Shown: piece after piece, positions 27,761 to 40,698 of the stretch
Layout: each line of letters opens with the position of its first letter
How positions within the stretch are numbered: position 1 is the stretch's first letter
Assembly: GCA_963805625.1 (NCBI GenBank)
Contig: CAWDVE010000010.1
Span: forward strand, 224,001 to 288,000
Source of the DNA: an uncultured Candidatus Rokubacteria bacterium
GTDB taxonomy: Bacteria > Methylomirabilota > Methylomirabilia > Rokubacteriales > DASRDR01
DNA length: 64,000 bases
Direction: 5' to 3'
The notes under the pieces: model-generated
The model's database searches: none
What the model saw: only the letters and a program-made list of their open reading frames with translations
Told to the model about the DNA's origin: nothing
Position numbers and translations under genes: made by a program

Positions 27761-28504
27761 GTGCTGCCGCTCAAGGACAACGTACCGACTCGTTCCTTCC
27801 CGGCCGTCTCGGTCGCCCTGATCGCCGTCAACGTCGTCATCTATCTCTACGAGTTCTTTCTGTGGTTCGACCCGGCGACCGCCAGCCGGCCGTCGCTGGG
27901 GGCCAAGCTCTACGAGCAGCTCGTCATCGAGTTCGGCCTGATTCCGTGCCGGTTCGGGGACATTTGTCCGCCGGGGCTCGACACGGTGCTGGCCGGGGCC
28001 CCCGCGCCGGGGCTGACGATCTTCACGTCGATGTTCCTCCACGGGGGGCTGCTCCACGTCGGCGGGAACATGCTCTACCTCTGGATCTTCGGCAAGAACG
28101 TCGAGGATTCGATGGGGCACGGGCGATTTCTCGTCTTCTACCTCGTGTGCGGGCTGGCGGCGGCGGCCGCTCAGTACGCCCTGGATCCCGCGTCGGCCAT
28201 TCCGATGGTGGGCGCGAGCGGCGCGGTCTCCGGGACCCTGGGCGCGTACCTCCTGCTGCATCCGCGCGCGCGGATCTGGACCCTGGTGATCTTCGGCTAC
28301 TTCGCGCGGATGATCCCGGTGCCCGCCATGGTCGTGCTCGGGTTCTGGGTGGTGCTGCAGTTCGTCAACAGCATCTTCACGTTCGCTCGGGGTGGCGCCG
28401 GGGGGATCGCGTTCCTGGCCCACCTAGGCGGCTTCGTCGCCGGTCTCACGCTCATCGGCCTCTTCCGGCGCCCGCGAATCCGGCGCCGGCGACGATGGGC
28501 CTGA
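27761..28504 (+). CDS. Rhomboid intramembrane serine protease
   Basis: SMFLHGG..HVGGNM, GASGA, AHLGGF. Confidence 0.93.
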   Translation: MLPLKDNVPTRSFPAVSVALIAVNVVIYLYEFFLWFDPATASRPSLGAKLYEQLVIEFGLIPCRFGDICPPGLDTVLAGAPAPGLTIFTSMFLHGGLLHVGGNMLYLWIFGKNVEDSMGHGRFLVFYLVCGLAAAAAQYALDPASAIPMVGASGAVSGTLGAYLLLHPRARIWTLVIFGYFARMIPVPAMVVLGFWVVLQFVNSIFTFARGGAGGIAFLAHLGGFVAGLTLIGLFRRPRIRRRRRWA

Positions 28505-28620
28505 CGTGGGGGCGGCCCGCGGACGGGTGCCGCAATCGACCGGCCGATCGGCGCCCCGGTCAGCTTCCGATCAGCCGGAGGACTGCTGCGGCCTATAATC
28601 GGGCGGAGGCAAGGACAGGG

Positions 28621-30042
28621 GTGAAGACCGGGCTCGATCCGATCAAATTCGGCACGTCCGGGTGGCGCGCGCGGATGGCGGACACCTACACGTTCGCGAA
28701 CGTGCGGCGTCTCACGCGGGCCATCGCGGACCATCTCAAGGAGACGGGCGAGGCGGAGCACGGTGTCGTCGTCGGATACGACACGCGCTTTCTCTCCGAG
28801 GATTTCGCTGCCGCCGCCGCCGGGACGCTTGCTCAGGCGGGCGTCCGGTGCCGTCTCGCGGTCGCGGCCGTGCCGACGCCGACCGTGGCCCACGCCGTCC
28901 TCCATCATCGGGCGGCGGCCGGGATCATGATCACGGCCAGCCACAACCCGGCGCCGGACAACGGGCTCAAGCTGTCGGGCTCGACCGGCGGGCCGGCCCT
29001 CCCCGAGGTGACCCGGGCGGTCGAGGCGCGGGTCGCGGGCCTGGCCGATCCGGGCGGAATGCCGATCGCGGACGCGCGCGCGGCGGGGCTCGTGGAGCCT
29101 GCCGATTTCGCGCCGGCGTATCTCGACCAGTGCCGGCGGCTCATCGACCTCGACGCCATCCGCCAGGCCCGCCTTCGCGTGGTGGTGGACGTCATGTACG
29201 GACCCGCGCGAGGCTACCTCGATCGCCTGCTCGGGGAGGCGGGGTGCGAGGTCACGCTGCTCCACGGGGCGCGTGACGTCACCTTCGGCGGCCACCCCCC
29301 GGAGCCGGCGGAGGAGTACCTCGGTGAGCTGATTGGGACGGTGCGCGAGCAGGGGGCGCACCTCGGTCTCGCCACGGACGGCGACGCCGATCGCTTCGGC
29401 GTCGTGGACCGGGACGGGACGGTGCTGGCGCCGAACCCGATCCTGGCGCTCGTGCTGCGGCACCTCCTGGGCCACCGCGGCTGGCGCGGTGGCGTGGCCC
29501 GGAGCGTGGCGACGACGCACCTCCTCGATGGGCTGGCGGCCCGTCACGGCTTGGAGCTCCACGAGACGCCCGTCGGCTTCAAGTACCTGGGCGACCTGAT
29601 CACGCAGGGCCGCGCCATGTTCGGGGGGGAGGAGTCGGGCGGCATGAGCCTCAGAGGGCATCCCCCCGAGAAGGACGGGATCCTCGCGTGCCTCCTGGCC
29701 GCGGAGGTCGCGGCGGTGGAAGGCGCGGCGCTCGGCGCCGTGCTGGAGCGGCTCTACGCGGAGGTGGGGCGGCTCCTTTCCATCCGGGTGAATGTGCCCC
29801 TCTCCGAGGAGGTGCGCCGGGCGTTGCCGGGGCGGATGGCCGCGCCTCCGACGGTCCTCGGGCCGTGGGCCGTTAGGCGCGTCCAGACCACGGACGGGCT
29901 CAAGCTTCACCTGGACGGCGGCGCCTGGGTCCTCGTGCGGCCGTCCGGCACCGAGCCCGTGGCGCGGCTCTACGTGGAGGCGCCGGACCCCCGGACCCTC
30001 GAGGCGCTGCGGGAGGCCGCCCTGCGCCACTTCTTCGGATGA
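28621..30042 (+). CDS. Phosphoglucomutase/phosphomannomutase
   Basis: FGTSGWR, TASHNP, DGDADR, GEESGG, RPSGTEP; TATAAT upstream near 28596. Confidence 0.93.
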   Translation: MKTGLDPIKFGTSGWRARMADTYTFANVRRLTRAIADHLKETGEAEHGVVVGYDTRFLSEDFAAAAAGTLAQAGVRCRLAVAAVPTPTVAHAVLHHRAAAGIMITASHNPAPDNGLKLSGSTGGPALPEVTRAVEARVAGLADPGGMPIADARAAGLVEPADFAPAYLDQCRRLIDLDAIRQARLRVVVDVMYGPARGYLDRLLGEAGCEVTLLHGARDVTFGGHPPEPAEEYLGELIGTVREQGAHLGLATDGDADRFGVVDRDGTVLAPNPILALVLRHLLGHRGWRGGVARSVATTHLLDGLAARHGLELHETPVGFKYLGDLITQGRAMFGGEESGGMSLRGHPPEKDGILACLLAAEVAAVEGAALGAVLERLYAEVGRLLSIRVNVPLSEEVRRALPGRMAAPPTVLGPWAVRRVQTTDGLKLHLDGGAWVLVRPSGTEPVARLYVEAPDPRTLEALREAALRHFFG

Positions 30043-30893
30043 GCCCCGCCGGGACTGCTCGTGCAGCCCGGATTCGCCTGGACGAGCTGCTCGTGACGCA
30101 GGGGCTCGCGTCGAGTCGCGCCGAGGCCGCGCGGTTGATCCTCGCCGGGCGGGTGCGGCTGCCGGGCGGCGTGCCCGCGAAGGCCGGCCGGCTCGTGGCG
30201 CCTGACACTCCGGTGGAGCAGGTCGCGGCGGCACCCTTCGTCGGGCGGGGCGGGGAGAAGCTCGCGGCGGCGCTCGAGACCTTCGACGTGGACGTCCGGG
30301 GGCGGGTGTGCCTGGACGTTGGCGCGTCCACCGGGGGGTTCACCGACTGCCTGCTCGGCCGCGGTGCCCTCCGCGTCCACGCGGTAGACGTGGGGCACGG
30401 CCAGCTCCACCCCCGCCTCCGCGACGACGCCCGCGTGGTGGTGTGGGAGGGTGTGAACGCGCGGCATCTCGATCCTGCCCGGTTCTCCGATCGCCCGAGC
30501 CTCGCCACGGTCGACGTGTCCTTCATCTCGCTCGGCAAGGTTCTGCCCGCCGTGGCCGCGTGCCTTGACGACCCGGCTGAGATCGTCGCCCTCGTGAAGC
30601 CCCAGTTCGAGGTCGGCCCCGCTCAGGTGGGCAAGGGAGGCGTGGTCCGAGCGTGGGAGGCGCGCCGGGACGCGGTCCGGGGCGTTGCCGGCGCTGCGCT
30701 CGAGATGGGGCTCCGCATCGGGGGCGTGGCCGCGTCGGTGCTCCACGGCCCGAAAGGGAACCGCGAGGTCTTTCTCTATCTCGCCCGAGACCTCGGACCT
30801 CGGCCGTCGCTCGCGGACGTGATCTTCGAGGCCGCTCTCGCCGCGGCCGTTCCAGTCGAGAACCGTTCGGACGCCGGAAGGATAGCTCGGTGA
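30039..30893 (+). CDS. tlyA: TlyA family rRNA 2'-O-methyltransferase
   Basis: S4 domain RLDELL, GRGGEKL, LDVGASTGGFTD, DVSFISL, VKPQFE, GNRE. Confidence 0.95.
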   Translation: MSPAGTARAARIRLDELLVTQGLASSRAEAARLILAGRVRLPGGVPAKAGRLVAPDTPVEQVAAAPFVGRGGEKLAAALETFDVDVRGRVCLDVGASTGGFTDCLLGRGALRVHAVDVGHGQLHPRLRDDARVVVWEGVNARHLDPARFSDRPSLATVDVSFISLGKVLPAVAACLDDPAEIVALVKPQFEVGPAQVGKGGVVRAWEARRDAVRGVAGAALEMGLRIGGVAASVLHGPKGNREVFLYLARDLGPRPSLADVIFEAALAAAVPVENRSDAGRIAR

Positions 30894-30925
30894 GCGAGGC
30901 GCAGGGCGGGGGCGGGAGGGGGCGG

Positions 30926-31786
30926 ATGCGGCGCGTCGGGGTGGTCGCGCGGCGGGACCGGGCCGAGGCGCGCGATGTGACGCGAGGGCTGGTCCAGTGG
31001 CTGACCGCGCACGGGCGGGAGGTCGTGATCGACAGCGAGACCTCCGGGGCCCTCGGGCTCCCCGGTGTGACGGTGGTGGAGCGGCAGGCTCTTCCCGGCA
31101 AGGTCGACCTCATCGTCGTCCTCGGGGGCGACGGAACACTGCTCGCGGTCGCGCGCCTCGTCGACGGTCTGGACGTGCCCATCCTCGGCGTCAACCTCGG
31201 AGGCCTCGGCTTCCTGACGGCGACCACGCTCGAGGCGCTCTTCCCAACGCTCGAGGCAGTCTTACGAGGGGAGTACGCCGCGGAGGAGCGCCTCGTCCTG
31301 GTGGCGGGGCTGACGCGGGGCGGCGCCCTCGTGGCGGAGCAGTTCGCGCTGAACGACGTCGTGGTGGCGAAGGGGGCCCTCGGCCGGCTGATCGACCTCG
31401 ACGTGCGCGCTGACGGGCAGCCGATGACGGCCTATCGCGCCGACGGGCTCATCATTGCGACCCCCACCGGCTCGACCGCCTACAACCTCTCGGCGGCCGG
31501 GCCGATCCTCTTCCCCACGATGGACGCGGTGGTCCTGACCCCGATCTGCTCGCATACGCTGACGAACCGGCCGATCGTGCTGCCGGCGTCGATCCGGCTG
31601 GAGGTGACCCTCCTGACGGAGGCGCCCGACGTGATGCTCTCGGTCGACGGCCAGCCGGGCCCGCCGGTGGCGGCGGGGGACGTGGTGCACGTCCGGCAGG
31701 CCGGCGCCCGGATTCGCCTGATCCGGGACCCGCGGAAATCCTACTTCGAGGTGCTACGCACGAAGCTAAAATGGGGCGAACGCTGA
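30926..31786 (+). CDS. nadK: NAD kinase
   Basis: GGDGT, NLGGLGFL, ND, DGLIIATPTGSTAY; alternative GTG start at 30890. Confidence 0.95.
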   Translation: MRRVGVVARRDRAEARDVTRGLVQWLTAHGREVVIDSETSGALGLPGVTVVERQALPGKVDLIVVLGGDGTLLAVARLVDGLDVPILGVNLGGLGFLTATTLEALFPTLEAVLRGEYAAEERLVLVAGLTRGGALVAEQFALNDVVVAKGALGRLIDLDVRADGQPMTAYRADGLIIATPTGSTAYNLSAAGPILFPTMDAVVLTPICSHTLTNRPIVLPASIRLEVTLLTEAPDVMLSVDGQPGPPVAAGDVVHVRQAGARIRLIRDPRKSYFEVLRTKLKWGER

Positions 31787-31802
31787 TCGTTTCGGAGGGC
31801 GG

Positions 31803-33515
31803 GTGCTCAGAGAGCTCAGGGTTCGTAACCTCGCGGTCATCGAGTCGCTGACGGTCCCCTTCGGCCCAGGCCTGAACGTCCTCACGGGCGAGACGGGCGC
31901 GGGAAAGTCGATCCTCATCGACGCATTGACCCTGCTTCTCGGTGAGCGGGTTCAGCCGGCCGAGACGATCCGCGCCGGTGCTGAGAGCGCCACCATCGAG
32001 GCGGTGTTCGACGCGCCCCGGAAGAGCCCGGTGGCCACGCTGCTCGAGGAGCACGGCATCAGGCTGGAGGACGGCCAGCTCGTGGTGCGCCGGGAGCTGG
32101 TGCGCGGAGGCCGTGGGCGCGTGTTCCTGAACGACGCCAACACGACCCTGGCCCTCCTGGAAAGACTCGGCGAGACCCTCGTCGAGGTCCACGGCCAGCA
32201 CGAGCATCAGGCGCTGCTCCGGCCTGCCCGCCACCTCGACCTGCTGGATGCCTTCGCGGGTCTCGGGATCCTCCGCGACCGCCTGCGCCAGCGTCACGAG
32301 GAGTGGCGCAGCGCCTCGGCCGAGCTCGACGCCCTCCGTGTGTCGGCTCGTGACCAGGTGGCCCGGACCACCCAGTACAGGGAGACGTTGGCGGAGATCG
32401 ACGCCGCGCGGCTCCGGCCAACCGAGGAAGAGGAGCTTCGCGAGGAGCGTCGGCGGCTCGTGAACGCCGAGCGCCTGGCCGAGGGCGCCACCGGCGCCTA
32501 CCGGGAGCTCTACGAGGATCCCGCCTCGGCCGTCGAGCGGGCAGGGCGCGCGGCGAGCTTGCTCCGTGACCTCGCGCGGATCGACCCCGGAATCCAGTCG
32601 ACCATTCAGGCGCTCGACACCGCCGTGGTTCACCTGGACGAGACCGCGCGGGCCCTCCGGAGCTACCGCGATGGGGTCGTCTTCGATCCGCCGCGGCTCG
32701 ACGCGATCGAGCGGCGGATGGACGAGATCGGGCGCCTCAAGCGGAAGTACGGGGAGAGCGTGGAGGCGGTCCTGACACTCCGGGCCCGGCTCGAAACCGA
32801 TCTGGAGGGGCTCGCGCGCGCCGGCGAGGACGAAGGCAAGCTGGTGGAGCGCGTGGAGCGGCTCCGCACCGAGCTCGTCACGCGCGCCACGGACCTCGCC
32901 GAGCGGCGCGATCAGGCCGTGGGCCGGCTCGAGACCTCCGTGCTGGCGGAGCTCGCCGCGCTCGACCTCGAGAGTGCGGTGTTCCGCGTGCGGCTGGCCC
33001 GGGAGCGGGCCGGCCAGGGGGAGCTCGGCGTCGGTCCCGAGGGGTGGCGGCTGGGTCCCAAGGGCGTCGACCAGGCCGAGTTTCTCTTCTCGGGCAACAC
33101 GGGGGAGGATGCCCGGCCGCTCGCCCGCATCGCCTCGGGCGGGGAGCTCTCGCGCACGATGCTCGCCCTCAAGGTCGTGCTCGCGGCGACCGACGCGGTG
33201 CCGGTGCTGATCTTCGACGAGGTGGATGTGGGCATCGGGGGGAAGACGGCCGACACCGTCGGCAAGAAGCTCCGCCAGGTCTCGCGGACGCGGCAGGTCC
33301 TCTGCGTCACGCACCTGCCGCAGATCGCGGCCTACGCCGACCAGCACTTCCGCGTCGAGAAGCGCGAGGACGACGGGCGCACGGCGACGACGGTCGCCGC
33401 CCTCGTCAAGAACGACCGGGTGCGGGAGGTCGCGCGCATGCTCGGCGGGGAGTCCGTCACCGACACGAGCCTCCAGCATGCGCTCGAGCTCATCACCCAG
33501 GCTCGAGGGAAGTGA
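31803..33515 (+). CDS. recN: DNA repair protein RecN
   Basis: TGETGAGKS, HGQHEHQ, SGGELSR, FDEVDVG, THLPQIAA. Confidence 0.96.
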   Translation: MLRELRVRNLAVIESLTVPFGPGLNVLTGETGAGKSILIDALTLLLGERVQPAETIRAGAESATIEAVFDAPRKSPVATLLEEHGIRLEDGQLVVRRELVRGGRGRVFLNDANTTLALLERLGETLVEVHGQHEHQALLRPARHLDLLDAFAGLGILRDRLRQRHEEWRSASAELDALRVSARDQVARTTQYRETLAEIDAARLRPTEEEELREERRRLVNAERLAEGATGAYRELYEDPASAVERAGRAASLLRDLARIDPGIQSTIQALDTAVVHLDETARALRSYRDGVVFDPPRLDAIERRMDEIGRLKRKYGESVEAVLTLRARLETDLEGLARAGEDEGKLVERVERLRTELVTRATDLAERRDQAVGRLETSVLAELAALDLESAVFRVRLARERAGQGELGVGPEGWRLGPKGVDQAEFLFSGNTGEDARPLARIASGGELSRTMLALKVVLAATDAVPVLIFDEVDVGIGGKTADTVGKKLRQVSRTRQVLCVTHLPQIAAYADQHFRVEKREDDGRTATTVAALVKNDRVREVARMLGGESVTDTSLQHALELITQARGK

Positions 33516-33578
33516 GGGCCGCTCGGACCCGGCTCCCCGCCGGCCCGGCTTGATCCGGGGGAGTACAATGAGCTCGTC

Positions 33579-36356
<2,778 letters not shown>

Positions 36357-36512
36357 GGGTTCCCCTCTCCGCCGCCTGAGCCTCGGCCAGGCGGCTGTTC
36401 GGGCCGGGGTTCATCGCATCAACATGTGGGGTGCTGGGACCGCGAGAGCGCCCACCCCTGGTATTTTTTCCTTGGACAGACCCCCAGCCCGTGCTATCAG
36501 TCTTTGACAGTC

Positions 36513-39500
36513 ATGCGGCTCCAAGGAGTGACGCTGTTCGGCTTCAAGTCTTTCGCGGATCGCACCGAGGTGCGCATCCTTCCCGGGATCACCGCCATCG
36601 TCGGTCCCAACGGCTGCGGCAAATCGAACATCTCGGACGCGCTCCGATGGGCGCTCGGCGAGCAGAGTCCCAAGGCCCTCCGCGGCCACCGGATGGAGGA
36701 CGTGATCTTCCACGGGTCGGCCTCGCGGCGGCCGCTGGGGTTGTCCGAGGTCCTGCTCACGTTTTCCAACGACGGTGAGCTGAGCGTGCCGTGGAGCGAA
36801 GTGGGCGTCGGACGGCGACTCTACCGGGACGGCGAGTCCGAGTACCTCCTTAACAAGACGGTCTGCCGGCTGAAGGACATCCACGATCTCTTCCTGGGCA
36901 CGGGCGTGAACCCGAAGGCCTACGCGCTGATGGAGCAGGAGCGTCTGGCCCACATCCTCACCGCGAAGCCACTCGACCGACGGGTTTTCGTGGAGGAGGC
37001 GGCGGGCATCACCCGGTACAAGCTCCAGCGAGCCGAGACGCTCGGCAAGCTGGAGGCGACGCGCCAGAATCTCCTCCGCGTGCGGGACGTGATGGACGAG
37101 GTCAAGCGGCAGCTCGGCTCCCTCGAGCGCCAGGCCAAGAAGGCGCAGCAGCACAAGGTCCTTCAGGGCGAGCGGCGAACGATCGAGGTCGCCCTCCTGG
37201 CGGCGGAGCATGCCGCGCTGACCGGGGAGGAGGAGCGCCTCGGCGGGGAAGAGGCGGCCGAGCGAGCTGGGGTCGAGGTGGGACAGACTCGCGTGGCCGC
37301 GCTGGGGGCGGCGCTCGAGCTGGCCCGCGCCGACGTAATGACGGCCGAGCAGCGGGCGGCCGAGTCGCGACACACGCTCCAGCGGGCGGAGCTCGAGCTC
37401 GAGGGGTGCGTGGGACGGGCCGAGCAGCTCCGCTTGGTCGAGCGCGACCTGGGTGCCGAGGTCGCTCGGCTCGGCGAGGAGGCGGAGGCCCTCTCGCTCA
37501 GGCTGAAGGCGCTTGCCGAGGAGCGACGCGCCAAGGGCACGCTCCTCGAGGCCATCCGGCGCGAGTTCGCGGCCCTCCAGGTGCGGGCGCAGGCCGAAGA
37601 GGCGGCGCTCGACGAGCTGCGCGTGCGCCTCCGGGGTGCCCGGGAGGCAGCGGAGACACTCCGCCACGATCAGGTGGGTCTCGCGGGACACCGGACCGAG
37701 CTCGGGCAGATCCTGGGCGCGCTGGACGAGCGGCAGGAGCATCTTCATCGGCGGCTGGATCGCCTCAAGGGAGAGCGCGTCGAGGCCGATGCCGAGCGGG
37801 CCCGCATCGAGGCCGCCCGGGGAGCCGCCAGCGCCCGCGTGGGTGCCGCCGCGGCTCGCGTCGCCGCGCTCGAGATCGAGCTTCGGGATCTGGCGACGGA
37901 TGCGGGGGCGGCGGCGGCGGAGCGGACCGCGGCCACGGAGGCGGCGGAAACGTGCCGGGTGACCCTTGCGTCTCGGCGGTCAAGCCGGGCCGCGCTGGAG
38001 GAGCTCGAAGCCCAGCGGGCCGGCTACGCCCGGGGCGTGCAGGCGGTCTTCGCGGCCGCCGGGGAGGCGCGCCTCCGAGGGGTCGTGGGTACCGTCGCAG
38101 ACCTCCTCGATGTGCCGCGGGAGCTCGAGCGCGCCGTCGAGGCGGCGCTGGGCGAGCGGCTCCAGTGGGTGGTGATGGAGACGTTCGAGGCCGCCAAGAC
38201 GGCCCTCGGCTACCTCGGCACCTCCGGCGGCGGGCAGGCGACGTTTCTGCCGCTCGACTGGCTGAACGGCACTCCGGAGGCGCACGTCGGCACGGACCCG
38301 GGTGTGGTGGGGCTGGCGGAGGAGCTCGTCGCCTCGGGCCATCCGCGCCTGGTCGCCAACCTGCTCGGCTCGGTCGTCGTGGTGCGCGATCTCGGCGCGG
38401 CGGAGCGCCTGTACGCCCAGAACGGTCACGGGGCGAGCTTCGTGACCGTCGGCGGTGAGCTGCTGAGCCCTCCCGGCGCCCTCGGCGGCGGGCGGGCCGC
38501 GGGCGGCGGCGACGCCTCGCTCCTCGCCCGGAAGCGCGCGATCCGCGACCTCGGTGCGGAGATCCTGCGCCTGGAGGTCGAGGTGGAGGAGGCCCAGGAG
38601 CGTGGGCGCCGGGCGGAGGCACGCGTCGCCGCGCTCGACGACACGCAGCGCGCGCGTGCCACTGCGCGGGAGGCCGCCGAGGCCGAGCGGCTGACGGCCT
38701 CGAAGGATCTCGAGCAGGTCGTGCGCGAGGCCGAGCGGGTCGGCCTGGCGGCGGAGGCGCTCCGCACGGAGGTCGCCCAGCTCCGCGCAGACGCCGCCGG
38801 CGTCGAGACCGAGGCGCGGACCCAGCGCAAAGGGCTCGCCGAGGTCGAGGCGCGGGCGGCGCGCGTGGCGTCCGAGATCGCGGAGCTCCTGGGACGCATC
38901 GAGATCGACTCACACGACGAGGCTCGGCGCTCGCAGGCGTTCCTGGACGCCCAGGTGGAGCTGGCGGCCCTGGCGGGGCGCATCGACACGATCGAGTCCG
39001 ACCTCGTGCGGAACCAGGCCGACGAGGGTGAGGCAGAGGAGCGGATCCAGGCGGGCGAGGAACGCCTCGGGACACTCCAGGGCCGCCTGGAGGAGGGTTC
39101 CGCGGAGCGCCGCCGTCTCGACGGCCGCGCCGAGGCGGTCCGGGCCGAACGGGACCAGATCGAGGCCGTCGCCCGGGCCACCGCCGAGACCGTGCGGGAG
39201 TGCACGGAAGCAGTCACGCGTGCCGGTGACGAGCTCCGCGGCCGCGAGGCCGAGCTCCACCGGGCGACGCGGGCGGTGCAGGAGCACGCCATCCGGCTGG
39301 CCGAGCTCCGGGTGAGGCGCCAGGATCTCGAGGCCGACGTGCGGCGCCGCTTCGAGGTGGAGGCGGACGGGCTACGGCTGGCCCACGATCCGGAGCGTGA
39401 CCTCGGAGAGGCGCGGGCGCGGCTTGAGGCTGTCACCCAGCGAATCACCGCCCTCGAGCCGGTCAACCTCATCGCGGACGAGGAGTATCGGGAACTCGAC

Positions 39501-40055
39501 GAGCGTCTCGCGTTCCTCCGCACGCAGCACGACGATCTGTCCTCGTCGATGCGCGACCTGGAGAAGGCGCTTCGCGGAATGACGCGGACCGCGCAGGAAC
39601 GGTTCGTCGAGGCATTCGAGGCCATCAACCGGAACTTCCAGGATCTCTTCACGCGGCTCTTCGAAGGCGGGCGTGCGGAGCTGCGCCTGGTCGAGGCGCC
39701 GGAGGGGGGTGACCCGCTCGATACCGGCATCGAGATGGTCGCTCAGCCCCGGGGGAAGCGGCTCCAGGCGATCTCGCTCCTGTCCGGAGGCGAGAAGGCG
39801 CTGACGGGCCTCGCGCTGCTCTTCGCGATCTTCTACTACCGGCCCAGTCCCTTCTGTCTCCTCGACGAGGTGGACGCGCCGCTCGACGACGCGAACATCC
39901 ACCGGTTCACGCGGGTCCTCCGGGAGCTGTCGAGCCAGACCCAGTTCATCGTCATCACCCACAACCGGAAGACCATGGAGGCGGCCGACGTCCTGTACGG
40001 CGTCACCATGGAGGAGCCGGGTCTCTCCCGGATCGTTTCCGTCAACCTCGCCTGA
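36513..40055 (+). CDS. smc: Chromosome segregation protein SMC
   Basis: GFKSF, GPNGCGKSN, hinge domain, coiled coils, LSGGEK, LDEVDAPLD. Confidence 0.97.
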   Translation: MRLQGVTLFGFKSFADRTEVRILPGITAIVGPNGCGKSNISDALRWALGEQSPKALRGHRMEDVIFHGSASRRPLGLSEVLLTFSNDGELSVPWSEVGVGRRLYRDGESEYLLNKTVCRLKDIHDLFLGTGVNPKAYALMEQERLAHILTAKPLDRRVFVEEAAGITRYKLQRAETLGKLEATRQNLLRVRDVMDEVKRQLGSLERQAKKAQQHKVLQGERRTIEVALLAAEHAALTGEEERLGGEEAAERAGVEVGQTRVAALGAALELARADVMTAEQRAAESRHTLQRAELELEGCVGRAEQLRLVERDLGAEVARLGEEAEALSLRLKALAEERRAKGTLLEAIRREFAALQVRAQAEEAALDELRVRLRGAREAAETLRHDQVGLAGHRTELGQILGALDERQEHLHRRLDRLKGERVEADAERARIEAARGAASARVGAAAARVAALEIELRDLATDAGAAAAERTAATEAAETCRVTLASRRSSRAALEELEAQRAGYARGVQAVFAAAGEARLRGVVGTVADLLDVPRELERAVEAALGERLQWVVMETFEAAKTALGYLGTSGGGQATFLPLDWLNGTPEAHVGTDPGVVGLAEELVASGHPRLVANLLGSVVVVRDLGAAERLYAQNGHGASFVTVGGELLSPPGALGGGRAAGGGDASLLARKRAIRDLGAEILRLEVEVEEAQERGRRAEARVAALDDTQRARATAREAAEAERLTASKDLEQVVREAERVGLAAEALRTEVAQLRADAAGVETEARTQRKGLAEVEARAARVASEIAELLGRIEIDSHDEARRSQAFLDAQVELAALAGRIDTIESDLVRNQADEGEAEERIQAGEERLGTLQGRLEEGSAERRRLDGRAEAVRAERDQIEAVARATAETVRECTEAVTRAGDELRGREAELHRATRAVQEHAIRLAELRVRRQDLEADVRRRFEVEADGLRLAHDPERDLGEARARLEAVTQRITALEPVNLIADEEYRELDERLAFLRTQHDDLSSSMRDLEKALRGMTRTAQERFVEAFEAINRNFQDLFTRLFEGGRAELRLVEAPEGGDPLDTGIEMVAQPRGKRLQAISLLSGGEKALTGLALLFAIFYYRPSPFCLLDEVDAPLDDANIHRFTRVLRELSSQTQFIVITHNRKTMEAADVLYGVTMEEPGLSRIVSVNLA

Positions 40056-40139
40056 GGTTTTCCCGGCCTGGAAGAGGCCGTGGACGGACGCACGAAGGGC
40101 AAGAGTGCCTGCACGGATCGTAGCGCCAGACTGCCCAAG

Positions 40140-40484
40140 AGCCCAGCCCCGACCTGGACGTCCATCTGATCGTGGATAACTACGTGACCCACAAGACGGC
40201 CCGGATCCAGCGCTGGCTCGCCAAACGCCCCCTGTATCATCTGCACTTCACGCCGAAGGGGCGCGTCTTGGATCAATCTGGTCGAGCGTTGGTTCGCGTG
40301 GCTCACCGAAAAGCAGCTGCGGCGTGGGATCCATCGCAGCAGCCGCGACCTCGAGGCCGCCATCGACCGATACCTGACCGTCTACAGCGAAGTGCCGAAG
40401 CCCTTCGTGTGGACCGAGACGGCCGATGAGATCCTCGCCAGCGTCGCCCGCTCTTGTCATCGGATCTCAGACTCAGGACACTAG
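40140..40484 (+). mobile_element. IS630-family transposase 3' remnant, frameshifted
   Basis: HLIVDNYVTHK...HFTP, frameshift near 40260, then SWINLVERWF...PKPFVWT...ISDSGH ending in ACTAG. Confidence 0.85.
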
Positions 40485-40698
40485 TCTGGCTTTCCCGATC
40501 GTCGCGTGGAGCGTTTCCCTGTCGCGCACGCCCGTGGGGAGTTTGCCGAGCTGCGGCGCCGTCAATGCGATCATCGGCCTTGGTGCGCCGCGGGGTGTCG
40601 TCGCGGGGGCTCCTGGCGCGTGTTTTCCCTGTGTCCATGGTCCTTTGGCGTCCCCTCGGGCTCGACCCGTGTGCTAAACTACGAAGGAAATTCAGCAC

